A stretch of 50,894 nt of DNA. It comes from Anaerolineales bacterium (GTDB lineage Bacteria > Chloroflexota > Anaerolineae > Anaerolineales > UBA4823). Shown piece after piece: positions 37,517-46,794 of this stretch (the first letter of the stretch is position 1; each line of letters begins with the position of its first letter). The notes below the pieces were generated by a model, which ran no database searches, was not told the DNA's origin, and saw nothing but the letters and a program-made list of their open reading frames with translations. The position numbers were made by a program, and so were the translations under genes. The DNA lies in the NCBI GenBank assembly GCA_046485135.1, contig JAWOHN010000257.1, positions 1 through 50,894 on the forward strand, given 5' to 3'.

Positions 37517-37575
37517 GCAGAAGAGCAGGGATGACATCATCCCTGACTCAAATCACTCAAAAGGAGTGTGTATCC

Positions 37576-38259
37576 ATGATCGTTGCGGAACAAAAATCCC
37601 TGAATGAAATCAAGCAGCTGGTCGGCGCCGCCAAGAATGTGTTGGTGGTGGGCTGCGGGACATGCGTTACAGTCTGTTTTGCCGGCGGCTCGCGCGAGGC
37701 TGCTATCCTGGCCTCATCGTTGCGCATGGCCTCAAAGCTGGAAGGAGGTCCCAAAGCCGTGACTGACGTGACGGTGCAGCGACAGTGCGAGTGGGAATAT
37801 CTGGACGGCATTGCCGAACAAGTGAAGGAAGCTGAGCTGGTGGTGTCCTTGGGCTGCGGCATTGGTGTTCAAGCAATTGCCGAACATTTCCCGGAGACCT
37901 GGGTCGTGCCGGGGTTGAATACCAGATTCTTAGGTCTGCCCACCGAGCAGGGTATCTGGATGGAGCGCTGCGCGGCTTGCGGGGATTGCGTGTTGGGGTT
38001 GACGGGCGGGATTTGCCCCATTGCCCGTTGTTCGAAGTCCCTGTTGAACGGACCCTGTGGTGGATCGGTAGATGGACATTGCGAGATCGATCCAGAAGTT
38101 CCTTGTGCGTGGCAGCTTATTTACGATCGACTGAACAGCATGGGTAGGCTGGAGTTTATGACCGAAATTCAGCCAGCGAAGAACTGGCGGACAAGCAGGG
38201 ATGGTGGTCCGCGGCGAATAGTTCGCAATGATTTGAGACTGGCAGCAGAGGAGGAGTAG
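37576..38259 (+). CDS. metV: Methylene-THF reductase iron-sulfur subunit MetV
   Basis: GCGTCVTVCFAGG, RQCE, GCGIGVQ, CAACGDC, CPIARCSKSLLNGPCGG, C..CAW; AAGGAG RBS before ATG 37576. Confidence 0.92.
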   Translation: MIVAEQKSLNEIKQLVGAAKNVLVVGCGTCVTVCFAGGSREAAILASSLRMASKLEGGPKAVTDVTVQRQCEWEYLDGIAEQVKEAELVVSLGCGIGVQAIAEHFPETWVVPGLNTRFLGLPTEQGIWMERCAACGDCVLGLTGGICPIARCSKSLLNGPCGGSVDGHCEIDPEVPCAWQLIYDRLNSMGRLEFMTEIQPAKNWRTSRDGGPRRIVRNDLRLAAEEE

Positions 38260-38262
38260 ACC

Positions 38263-39297
38263 ATGGCAGCTAGTGTATCTGGAAATGGTTACCTATCGGG
38301 TTCAAACCTGGAACGAGTATTGCGAGCGGGGCATTTCGCGGTAACAGGAGAGCTTGGGCCGCCGCAGAACGCAGATGGGGAAGTGATTCGCAAGAAAGCT
38401 GCCTTATTGAAAGGCTATGTGGATGCGGTGAACCTCACCGACAACCAGACAGCCATTGTCCGCATGTCGAGCATCGGCGCAGGTACGATCGTGGTGCAAG
38501 AGGGATTGGAGCCGGTAATCCAGATGACTTGCCGCGATCGCAACCGGTTGGCGATGCAAAGCGACTTATTGGGCGCGTATGCACTGGGTATGCGGAACGT
38601 CTTGTGCCTGACGGGCGATCACCAAACATTTGGCAACCATCCTAACTCAAAGAACGTCTTTGATATGGATTCGATACAGTTGGTGCAAATGCTGGTCAAT
38701 ATGCGCGAGGAGAAGGTGTTCCAAAATGGAGAGGCCTTCAAAGGACCTGAGCCGCGTTTCTTCGTTGGCGCAGCTGAGTCACCCTTCGCTCACCCGGTGG
38801 AATTTCGGCCTCTGCGCCTGGCAAAAAAGGTTAAGGCTGGGGCGAACTTCATCCAGACCCAGCTGGTTTATGATATCAAGGCCTTCGAAGCGTTCATGGA
38901 GAAGGTGCGGGCATTGGGAATTCATAAAGAGACCTATATCCTGGCAGGCGTCGGACCATTGAAAAGCCCTGGAATGGCCAAGTATATGATCGAAAACGTG
39001 CCGGGCATTCTCGTTCCGGATGATATGGTCAAAAGGATGACCGCAGCTGGAGCTCCCTGGGCTGGGAAAAGCAAAGACGAGCTGACCAAAGAAGATAAAA
39101 AAGCCCGTTCAAGCGCCTGGCAGCAGGAGGGCATTCAAATTTGTATCGAGCTGATCCAGCAGCTCCAAAAAATCGAAGGTGTAGCAGGTGTTCATATTAT
39201 GGCGATTGAGTGGGAAGAAGCGGTGAAGCCACTGGTAGAAGGGGCGGGATTGTACCCGCGACCCATCGTGGCGAATCCGGTGGAGGAGGTAGCTTAA
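38263..39297 (+). CDS. metF: Methylene-THF reductase flavoprotein subunit MetF
   Basis: TGELGPP, VNLTDNQ, QMTCRDRNRLAMQSDLLGA, LTGDH, KKVKAGANFIQTQ, GVHIM. Confidence 0.95.
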   Translation: MAASVSGNGYLSGSNLERVLRAGHFAVTGELGPPQNADGEVIRKKAALLKGYVDAVNLTDNQTAIVRMSSIGAGTIVVQEGLEPVIQMTCRDRNRLAMQSDLLGAYALGMRNVLCLTGDHQTFGNHPNSKNVFDMDSIQLVQMLVNMREEKVFQNGEAFKGPEPRFFVGAAESPFAHPVEFRPLRLAKKVKAGANFIQTQLVYDIKAFEAFMEKVRALGIHKETYILAGVGPLKSPGMAKYMIENVPGILVPDDMVKRMTAAGAPWAGKSKDELTKEDKKARSSAWQQEGIQICIELIQQLQKIEGVAGVHIMAIEWEEAVKPLVEGAGLYPRPIVANPVEEVA

Positions 39298-40727
39298 TGA
39301 CTAAAGGACAGGAATCTTCTGGAGAACCTTTAACGATCAACCCGGAACTGGCCCAGCGAATCCAGGATGAGATTGGGCAGAACGTTTACCTGTGCTACCA
39401 GTGCATCAAATGCACCAATGGTTGCCCGGTGAGCGAATACTTCGATTGGCAGCCGAACCAGATCATGAGAGCGGTGCAGCTGGGACAGGAAGACATCGCA
39501 TTGCACTCCCAAACTGCATGGCTGTGCGCCAGCTGCCAGACTTGCACGACTCGTTGCCCGCAGGACCTGGATATTACCGCCATCATGGAGTTCTTGACCC
39601 GGGAGGCGCTCGAGCGCGGCATAAAACCAAGCGTGCCAGAGGTGGATGTCTTTAATAAAGCCTTTATGCGGGAGGTACGCATCTGGGGGCGCTCCTATGA
39701 ATTGGGCTTGATGATGGATATGAAGTTGCGCAATATCCGCAGGCACAGCTTGATGGATGACATGGACCTGGGCGTGCGGGTGATTGCAAAAAATAAATTG
39801 CCCTTCCTGCCCAAATATGTGCGGGCTCCTAAAAACGTCAAGCCGGTTCCCGGCGCTGCCAGCGCGGTAGCCTATTATCCAGGCTGCTCGTTACATTCTA
39901 CAGCCGGTGAATATAACGTTTCTACCAAAGCAGTATGTGAGGCGCTGGGGATGCAACTGGTAGAGCCAGATGGGTGGATTTGCTGCGGTAGCTCTGCCGC
40001 TCACCGCTCAGATCCAGAAGAGGCCCTGCGGCTGCCGATGGAAAACCTGCGCCTGATCGAACAGGGCGGTTTTAGCGAGGTAACCATGCCTTGTGCGGCC
40101 TGCTTCAACCGTCACAAGGCTGCCCAATACGAGATCCGCCATCATAAGGACCGCCGGGATGCACTGGACAAGGCCATGGATTATAAATACCAGGACTTGG
40201 TGCAGGTGAACTCTGTAATCGATACAATCTACCAGCGAATTGGCCCGGAGGAGCTCTCAGCGAAAGTGCAGCGCAAGTTGGATGGTTTAAGAGTCGTATG
40301 TTACTATGGCTGTTTGCTGACCCGGCCGCCGCAGGTGACTGAAGCGCAGCACCCGGAAAACCCGACTGAAATGGATGCGCTTATGGAAGCCCTGGGCGCT
40401 CAGGTCTCGGACTGGTCTTACAAGACCACCTGCTGCGGGGCAGCGCATTCGTTGACGCGGCCGGATATTGTATTGGACCTGAGCAGTAACCTGATCGAAC
40501 ATGCCCGGGAGGCGGGCGCTGATGCGATTGTTGTGGCTTGTCCGCTCTGCCACACCAACTTAGATGCCAGGCAGTTCCAAATGAAACTTGAGCAGCCCAT
40601 GCCAGTGTTGTATTTGACGCAGTTGATGTCCATCGCCTTGGGATTGCCAGAGAAATCAGCTGCACTGCACAAGAACCTGGTCGATCCACGACCGATGTTG
40701 AGGAGCAAAGGTTTTCTGGCAGGTTAG
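39297..40727 (+). CDS. Fused HdrC-HdrB (two [4Fe-4S] clusters plus two CCG domains)
   Basis: CYQCIKCTNGCP, CASCQTCTTRCP; YYPGC...CCG...CAAC and YYGC...CCG...CPLC; TAATG overlap with metF. Confidence 0.9.
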   Translation: MTKGQESSGEPLTINPELAQRIQDEIGQNVYLCYQCIKCTNGCPVSEYFDWQPNQIMRAVQLGQEDIALHSQTAWLCASCQTCTTRCPQDLDITAIMEFLTREALERGIKPSVPEVDVFNKAFMREVRIWGRSYELGLMMDMKLRNIRRHSLMDDMDLGVRVIAKNKLPFLPKYVRAPKNVKPVPGAASAVAYYPGCSLHSTAGEYNVSTKAVCEALGMQLVEPDGWICCGSSAAHRSDPEEALRLPMENLRLIEQGGFSEVTMPCAACFNRHKAAQYEIRHHKDRRDALDKAMDYKYQDLVQVNSVIDTIYQRIGPEELSAKVQRKLDGLRVVCYYGCLLTRPPQVTEAQHPENPTEMDALMEALGAQVSDWSYKTTCCGAAHSLTRPDIVLDLSSNLIEHAREAGADAIVVACPLCHTNLDARQFQMKLEQPMPVLYLTQLMSIALGLPEKSAALHKNLVDPRPMLRSKGFLAG

Positions 40728-40815
40728 AAGGCGGCGCATAAATGCACCTCGCCCTTGCGGCGTGTGGCAGTTAATGCAGTTATGCACGTGGAGGTCATTG
40801 GCAACTTAATCCAGC

Positions 40816-41481
40816 ATGTATAAAGAGGAGTACTTTACACCAACAGATATCCAGGAAATATCCAGGGAAATGCTGACAACTTTGTTGCCCTATCGCAAGC
40901 GGCATGGTCTCCAGGCATTTGATGTCCAAAAGGCTGCCTTGCTTGTGTTGGACATGCAGCAATTTTTCCTAAATCCCAGCTCACATGCTTTTATCCCCAG
41001 TGGACCTGCGATCCTACCGAGGATTATGCGGTTGGTGAGAACTTTTGAAGAGCAACAGCGCCTGCTGATCTTGACTCGCCACATCAATTCGGAGGGTGAC
41101 GCACGCTTGATGAGCAGGTGGTGGCAGGACCTTATCCGAAACGAATCTCCGCTCAGCCGGCTGGTAGGTGAATTGGATAATCCGGCTCGAATGGTCATCT
41201 GCAAAAGCCAATACGACGCTTTCTACGGTACGTCCCTAGAGACCATTCTTAAAGATGCTGGGATCGAACAGGTCCTGATCAGTGGTGTCATGACCCACCT
41301 GTGCTGCGAGACAACAGCCAGATCGGCATTTATAAGGGGTTTGGAGGTCTTTGTCACAATCGACGGGATGGCAACCTATACCAGGGCTTTTCACGAGGCG
41401 GCTCTCTTGAATCTGTCGCATGGTTTTGCCGTCCCAATGCTGGTGGATGAGATAGAAGAGCTCATCCATGAGGGAAAATGA
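40816..41481 (+). CDS. Isochorismatase/cysteine hydrolase family protein
   Basis: LLVLDMQ (Asp), ICKSQYDAF (Lys), GVMTHLCCETTARSA (Cys) catalytic triad. Confidence 0.9.
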   Translation: MYKEEYFTPTDIQEISREMLTTLLPYRKRHGLQAFDVQKAALLVLDMQQFFLNPSSHAFIPSGPAILPRIMRLVRTFEEQQRLLILTRHINSEGDARLMSRWWQDLIRNESPLSRLVGELDNPARMVICKSQYDAFYGTSLETILKDAGIEQVLISGVMTHLCCETTARSAFIRGLEVFVTIDGMATYTRAFHEAALLNLSHGFAVPMLVDEIEELIHEGK

Positions 41482-42368
41482 TGTCAGACATGGCGATCGT
41501 TGGAGCTGGTCCATCTGGTCTGGCAATGGCGATTCAACTCAAACGTTATGGCCTGGAGCCGGTGGTTTTTGAACGTAACCAACCGGGAGGTCTCTTATGG
41601 AATGCCAACCTGGTAGAAAATTATCCCGGTTTTCCGGGTGGGATCCCAGGCCCAGAGTTAGTCAAGCTGATCGTTGACCAAGCCAAAGAGATAGGCGTAA
41701 AGATTGTTTTCGAGGAAATCACCAGTTTGGACATCAAAGGAGATGTGTTTATTCTGCGCAGCGGGAATCAACGATACCAATACAGGTGGGTGGCAGTGGC
41801 TTCCGGTACAAAACCGATCCAGGCGATCCGGTCTGACATACCGGCGGGGGCAGAGAAACTCATTTTTTACGAAGTCTATCCAATTATTCGCCAAAAATGG
41901 AAGAAGATCGTCATTGTAGGGGCTGGGGATGCGGCATTTGATTATGCGCTAAACCTGGCCTGGCAAAATGAGGTGATTATATTGAATCGGGGTTCTGCAC
42001 GGGCTTGCTTGCCGCTGCTATTTGATAGAATGAGTGACCATCCAAATATCACTTATTATCAAAATATAGGCGTTTCGGAGATAGATTTTGATGAACCAGT
42101 CAAGCGGCTAAACTTGACCTGTACCAGCCCGGCCGGAATGCGTAAAATAGTGGCTGACTATTTGATCTTTGCCATCGGGCGGGAGCCCAAATTGGATTTC
42201 TTAACAGAGAATTTGGTCGAATTTCAGAAAAACTTAATCGAAAGTGGGCGCTTGTATCTTATTGGAGATGTAAAAAATGAGATCTACCGCCAGACCGCCA
42301 TAGCGGTTGGGGATGGGGTGTTAGCGGCTATGAAGCTGTACCGGTCCAGCACAGAAAACAACCCATAA
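41478..42368 (+). CDS. Thioredoxin reductase-like FAD/NAD(P) oxidoreductase lacking the CxxC
   Basis: GAGPSG, VENYPGFP, GAGDAAFD, FAIGREP, LIGD, QTAIAVGDG; FYEVYP where TrxB has CATC. Confidence 0.82.
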   Translation: MMSDMAIVGAGPSGLAMAIQLKRYGLEPVVFERNQPGGLLWNANLVENYPGFPGGIPGPELVKLIVDQAKEIGVKIVFEEITSLDIKGDVFILRSGNQRYQYRWVAVASGTKPIQAIRSDIPAGAEKLIFYEVYPIIRQKWKKIVIVGAGDAAFDYALNLAWQNEVIILNRGSARACLPLLFDRMSDHPNITYYQNIGVSEIDFDEPVKRLNLTCTSPAGMRKIVADYLIFAIGREPKLDFLTENLVEFQKNLIESGRLYLIGDVKNEIYRQTAIAVGDGVLAAMKLYRSSTENNP

Positions 42369-42389
42369 GCAAGTAGATTGGAGGTATTT

Positions 42390-43376
42390 GTGAAAGTATT
42401 TGCGGTCGCAGGAAAAGATGATGTAGCGATGGTTTATATGGCTGAGTTTGCGCCTGGGAAGGTTATAGAGCTGGTCGAAGCGGTACAGCCCCCGGTACCC
42501 CGGGAGGAAAAATGGGTCCTGATGGTATCGACTTTGTTTGGGTGCCCGGTTGCTTGCCGGATCTGTGATGCGGGCGGATCTTACCAGGGTAAACTTTCAG
42601 CGGATGAAATCCTGGCTCAAATTGATTTCATGGTTGAACGTAGATTTCCTGATTGGCGGGTCCCGGTAAAGAACTTTAAAATCCAGTTTGCGCGTATGGG
42701 AGAGCCAGCTTTCAACCTGGCGGTGCTGGATGTCCTGGAGGCGCTTCCCAAGCGGTATGATGCACCTGGATTGATGCCCTCACTCTCAACAATTGCGCCA
42801 AATTCAGCAGATGAGTTTTTCAAGCGTTTACCTGCAATCAAAAATCGCTATTATGCAGGGGGACAATTCCAATTTCAGTTTTCTGTTCACACCACAGATG
42901 AGGCTCAGCGCGATCAAATGATCCCAGTCAAAAAATGGAGTTTTGGCCAGATGGCTGAATACGGTCGTACCTGGCATCGCCCTGGGGACCGCAAGATCAC
43001 ATTGAACTTTGCCCTGGTGGAAGGCATGCCGGTAGAAGCAGAAACGCTGCTAAAATATTTTAACCCGGACAGATATCTGATCAAAATCACGCCCGTCAAC
43101 CCAACTACACAAGTGGTCAAGCACGGTTATACCTCGCATGTGGATCCCTACCATCCGGAGAAGGGGCACGGTCTGGTGAAGCGGCTGGAAGCGAGTGGTT
43201 ACGAGGTGATTGTAAGCATCGGAGATTTGGAAGAAAACCAGATCGGCAGCAACTGCGGGCAGTATGTTCAAAAATACATGTCAGGCGAGATGGCGGTTAA
43301 AGATGGATATACGTATCCAGTACAGTCCTTGGATAAGATTTACCTACAGGGACAAGATCTGGTTGCAGCCGATTAA
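42390..43376 (+). CDS. RlmN/Cfr-like radical SAM protein (divergent)
   Basis: VSTLFGCPVACRIC (CxxxCxxC), RMGEP, C-terminal SNCGQ; GGAGGT RBS before GTG 42390. Confidence 0.82.
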   Translation: MKVFAVAGKDDVAMVYMAEFAPGKVIELVEAVQPPVPREEKWVLMVSTLFGCPVACRICDAGGSYQGKLSADEILAQIDFMVERRFPDWRVPVKNFKIQFARMGEPAFNLAVLDVLEALPKRYDAPGLMPSLSTIAPNSADEFFKRLPAIKNRYYAGGQFQFQFSVHTTDEAQRDQMIPVKKWSFGQMAEYGRTWHRPGDRKITLNFALVEGMPVEAETLLKYFNPDRYLIKITPVNPTTQVVKHGYTSHVDPYHPEKGHGLVKRLEASGYEVIVSIGDLEENQIGSNCGQYVQKYMSGEMAVKDGYTYPVQSLDKIYLQGQDLVAAD

Positions 43377-43384
43377 TGATAAAA

Positions 43385-43410
43385 CCTGAATAAGCCATCT
43401 CTTATTCAGG
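43385..43410. other. Perfect 10-bp intergenic inverted repeat
   Basis: CCTGAATAAG-CCATCT-CTTATTCAGG between the radical SAM gene and cooC. Confidence 0.5.
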
Positions 43411-43440
43411 AGACCTTAAATAAAGGGATTTGAATTTATT

Positions 43441-44229
43441 ATGAAAATAGCCATCACAGGAAAAGGCGGTGTAGGAAAAACAACCCTGGCGGCGTTATTG
43501 GCTCAGACCTATGCCGATCGTGGGCAGCAAGTACTAGCGGTTGATGCAGACCCTTCACCCTGCCTGGCAGGGGCGTTGGGTTTCCCGGGAGAGCTGCGCG
43601 CGAAGCTCAGCCCGATTGTTGAGATGGATGCTCTGATTGAGGAGCGAACCGGTGCAAAACCAGGTACAACAGGCGGTTTCTTTACCTTGAATCCACGCGT
43701 GGATGACCTGCCTGATCGTTTCAGCGTTTTGCATAGAGGGGTGCGGCTGCTGGAGATGGGCGCAGTGGATCTCGGCGGCGCAGGTTGTATTTGCCCGGAA
43801 AGCGCCATGCTCAAGACCTTGTTCACTCACTTGCTGTTTCGTAAAGACGATGTCTTAATATTGGATATGTATGCCGGGGTGGAGCACCTGGGACGCGCTA
43901 CAGTTGATTTTGTGGATGCCATGCTGGTGGTAGTTGAACCAACCCGGCGCAGCCTGGGTACCGCAGCCCAAATCCGCAAATTGGCAGCGGACATTGGTGT
44001 CCACCGGATGTGGCTGGTGGGGAACAAGGTGCGTAACGCTGAGGAAGCCAGTTTTCTGGAAGCGGAAAGCCCTGGAATCCCTGTATTGGGTTATTTGCAT
44101 GCTAACCAGGCTGTCCAGGAGGCAGATCGCCTGGGAATAGCGGTCTATGATTATGTGCCTGACCTTAAAGAAAGCATCCAGAAGATGGCTGAACAATTAA
44201 TAGGATTGGTAGAGGAGAGCAAGGTATGA
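43441..44229 (+). CDS. cooC: CooC-type nickel-insertion ATPase
   Basis: GKGGVGKTT, DADP, GCICP CxC motif, AGVEHLGR. Confidence 0.92.
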   Translation: MKIAITGKGGVGKTTLAALLAQTYADRGQQVLAVDADPSPCLAGALGFPGELRAKLSPIVEMDALIEERTGAKPGTTGGFFTLNPRVDDLPDRFSVLHRGVRLLEMGAVDLGGAGCICPESAMLKTLFTHLLFRKDDVLILDMYAGVEHLGRATVDFVDAMLVVVEPTRRSLGTAAQIRKLAADIGVHRMWLVGNKVRNAEEASFLEAESPGIPVLGYLHANQAVQEADRLGIAVYDYVPDLKESIQKMAEQLIGLVEESKV

Positions 44230-45017
44230 CGACAACGATCGCCCTGGCTGGTAAGGGTGGAGTGGGCAAGACCACAATAGCGGCTTTATTGATTAAGTAT
44301 CTGGTTGATAAAAAGGACGGGCCGGTGCTGGCCATTGATGCAGATCCCAGCAGCAATTTGAACATGGCGTTGGGGTTAGATCTGGAATGGACGGTCGGCG
44401 ATATCCGGGAAGATTTGCTTGCGCAGGTGCAAAGCTCTCTTACGACCGGCGGGGCAGCCATGGGTACTCTGCCTGGAGGGATCAATAAACGAGATTATCT
44501 GGATTACCAGATCCGCTCATCGGTGTCTGAAGGGGATTACTTTGACCTGATTGCCATGGGGCGCTCGGAGGGGCCAGGTTGCTACTGCGCGGTCAATCAT
44601 AATTTACGGGAAGTGGTAGATACGATCAGTAAAAACTACCGCTATGTGGTCATCGATAACGAAGCTGGTATGGAGCATTTGAGCCGGCGCACAACCCGCG
44701 ATGTGCAGCATATGCTGGTAGTAAGCGACCCGACCCAACGTGGGATTGTAGCCGCGGAACGGATTGCCGCATTTCGACATGGACTGGATATCCATATTGA
44801 AAACGCTTATTTGATCTTGAACCGTCTGAGTGGGGAGATACCGGCGCCCTTACAGGAGAGAATTGACAAGCTGGATATACCCTTGTTGGGAGTGGTTCCG
44901 GCAGATGAAGATCTGACAGCAGCAGAATTCAGCGGTGTTCCAGTAGTTGAGCTGGGAGAACAATCGCGCGTCTACCAGGCGATCATTAAGATTGCCAGCG
45001 GGCTGGAGCCTTTGTAA
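44226..45017 (+). CDS. acsF: CooC2/AcsF-type nickel-insertion ATPase
   Basis: GKGGVGKTT, DADPSSNL, MGRSEGPGCYCAVN, DNEAGMEHLSRRTT. Confidence 0.85.
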   Translation: MTTTIALAGKGGVGKTTIAALLIKYLVDKKDGPVLAIDADPSSNLNMALGLDLEWTVGDIREDLLAQVQSSLTTGGAAMGTLPGGINKRDYLDYQIRSSVSEGDYFDLIAMGRSEGPGCYCAVNHNLREVVDTISKNYRYVVIDNEAGMEHLSRRTTRDVQHMLVVSDPTQRGIVAAERIAAFRHGLDIHIENAYLILNRLSGEIPAPLQERIDKLDIPLLGVVPADEDLTAAEFSGVPVVELGEQSRVYQAIIKIASGLEPL

Positions 45018-45138
45018 ACAGCAGGTATGCCAACTGTCTTATATTTTTTGGTACTTTTGCCACTTCTCTTGGCATCAGATGTGAATAATAATAGGAATAG
45101 CGGAGGGAACCCTTAAATTCCTTCATAAGGAGCAGAAA

Positions 45139-45717
45139 ATGCTAACGAAACCGGATCTCATCTACCGGCAATTGGTTACCCTGCGAGATGGTGCGAGAGT
45201 ACTTTTGAGGCCGCTCACAGCAACTGACCGTCAGGCCCTGATTGATTTGTTTGCTGTGATCACGGAAGAAGAACAGCGCTATTTCCGGACAAATGTCAAA
45301 GACGCTGAGGTGGTCGGGGGTTGGGTAGATCATTTGGATTACGACAAGGTCCTGCCAATCGTTGCAATGATTGGCGACCGGATTGTTGGGGATGCCACCT
45401 TACACTTCCATGAAGGTCCATACCGCCATATTGGAGAGCTGCGCATCTTCCTGGCAAAAGATTTCCGCCATCGCGGCCTGGGGGTGCGTATGTTGAGCGC
45501 TTTAATTGAGCTGGCAAAAAGGCGAAATCTGTACATCCTCCAGGTTGAGATCGTCAATGATCAATTAGAGATCATTCGTGCTTTTCAGAGCGTGGGTTTT
45601 GTGATTAAAAGCGTGTCCCAAGACTTCTTTATGCTTCCTGACGGAGAGTTGCGCGACCTGACACATTTGATCTTGCGCCTGCGGCATCCAGAGACTATCC
45701 AAACAGAAGATTTTTAG
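45139..45717 (+). CDS. GNAT family N-acetyltransferase
   Basis: LRDGARVLLRPL; DFRHRGLG acetyl-CoA-binding motif A; FQSVGF. Confidence 0.88.
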   Translation: MLTKPDLIYRQLVTLRDGARVLLRPLTATDRQALIDLFAVITEEEQRYFRTNVKDAEVVGGWVDHLDYDKVLPIVAMIGDRIVGDATLHFHEGPYRHIGELRIFLAKDFRHRGLGVRMLSALIELAKRRNLYILQVEIVNDQLEIIRAFQSVGFVIKSVSQDFFMLPDGELRDLTHLILRLRHPETIQTEDF

Positions 45718-46047
45718 CCACACTGCGGATTGCTGAAATCGGCAGATATATTCTAGAGTTGTATAGATTGACCGACCAACCGCTTTGATTGGACAAGGGA
45801 GCGATTATGGATCGCTCTTTGTTGGATAATGGTGATTTACCATCTGGGGGACAGCGAAATAAGAGCGAGTACCAGGGGGTTCTACGTTAACTCTGCAACG
45901 ATTATAGTAAAATAAAATCAGGAGGGGCTCTGATTAGCGGTTTTTCTAAGAGCATTATCAATTCCATTGAGATTGCTCAAACTGAAGGCTGTTCGGGATA
46001 AATCCCTCACAGCAGGTGTGAGTGAGCACAAGTAAGGAGCGTAAGGA

Positions 46048-46719
46048 ATGTGCGGACGATTTACGATGACTGTTGACCCCGCGCAATTGCGGGATGCCTT
46101 TCCCTGGCTGGACGTGCGGGAGGATTGGTCACCACGCTATAATATCGCGCCAACACAGCCTGTGGCGGTGGTTCCCAATCGGGGGGATAACCGGTTAGAT
46201 TATTTTCTGTGGGGACTGATCCCATCTTGGGCAAAAGACCCTTCCATTGGGAACCGGCTAATCAATGCACGGGCAGAAACCCTGGCAGAGAAAGCATCTT
46301 TTCGAAACGCTTTCCGCCGGCGGCGTTGCCTGGTTTTAGCCGATGGTTTTTTCGAATGGAAGACGGAGGCGGATAAGAAACGCAAACAACCGATGTATAT
46401 CCGTTTGAAGACCGGTGAGCCTTTTGGCTTTGCTGGGCTGTGGGAGATCTGGAACTCACCAGATGGCTCCCAGGTCTTTTCCTGCACCATCATCACAACT
46501 GAACCCAACGAGCTGGTCAGCGAAATTCACAACAGGATGCCGGTGATCTTGAAGCGTGAGGATTACTCCTCCTGGTTGGATCCGGCCGAAAAACGCCCAC
46601 AGGATTTGCAGGATCTGCTGACACCTTATCCGTCCGGTGAACTGGAGGCGTATCCGGTTTCTACAATGGTGAACAGCCCAGCCAATGACGATCCCGGTTG
46701 TGTATTGCCGCTGGCGTGA
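46048..46719 (+). CDS. SOS response-associated peptidase (SRAP/YedK/HMCES family)
   Basis: MCGRF with Cys2, RYNIAPTQ, WGLIP, INARAET, GFFEW, IHNRMPVIL. Confidence 0.95.
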   Translation: MCGRFTMTVDPAQLRDAFPWLDVREDWSPRYNIAPTQPVAVVPNRGDNRLDYFLWGLIPSWAKDPSIGNRLINARAETLAEKASFRNAFRRRRCLVLADGFFEWKTEADKKRKQPMYIRLKTGEPFGFAGLWEIWNSPDGSQVFSCTIITTEPNELVSEIHNRMPVILKREDYSSWLDPAEKRPQDLQDLLTPYPSGELEAYPVSTMVNSPANDDPGCVLPLA

Positions 46720-46794
46720 TGCCAGGCATCTGGGTGGCAAACAGTCGCTGAATAATATAGATAGTTGTCCTGAACAAATAAGAAAGGGCAAAGC

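Noticed and set aside
39210-39296. N-terminal extension of HdrCB overlapping metF
   Set aside because: ATG 39297 has a GGAGG RBS and a TAATG overlap
42390-43376. Assigning the symbol rlmN or cfr
   Set aside because: Lacks the resolving Cys and the N-terminal domain; too divergent
45718-46047. LexA box or ncRNA upstream of the SRAP gene
   Set aside because: No GAAC-N4-GTTC match found; only a modest hairpin near 45990-46012
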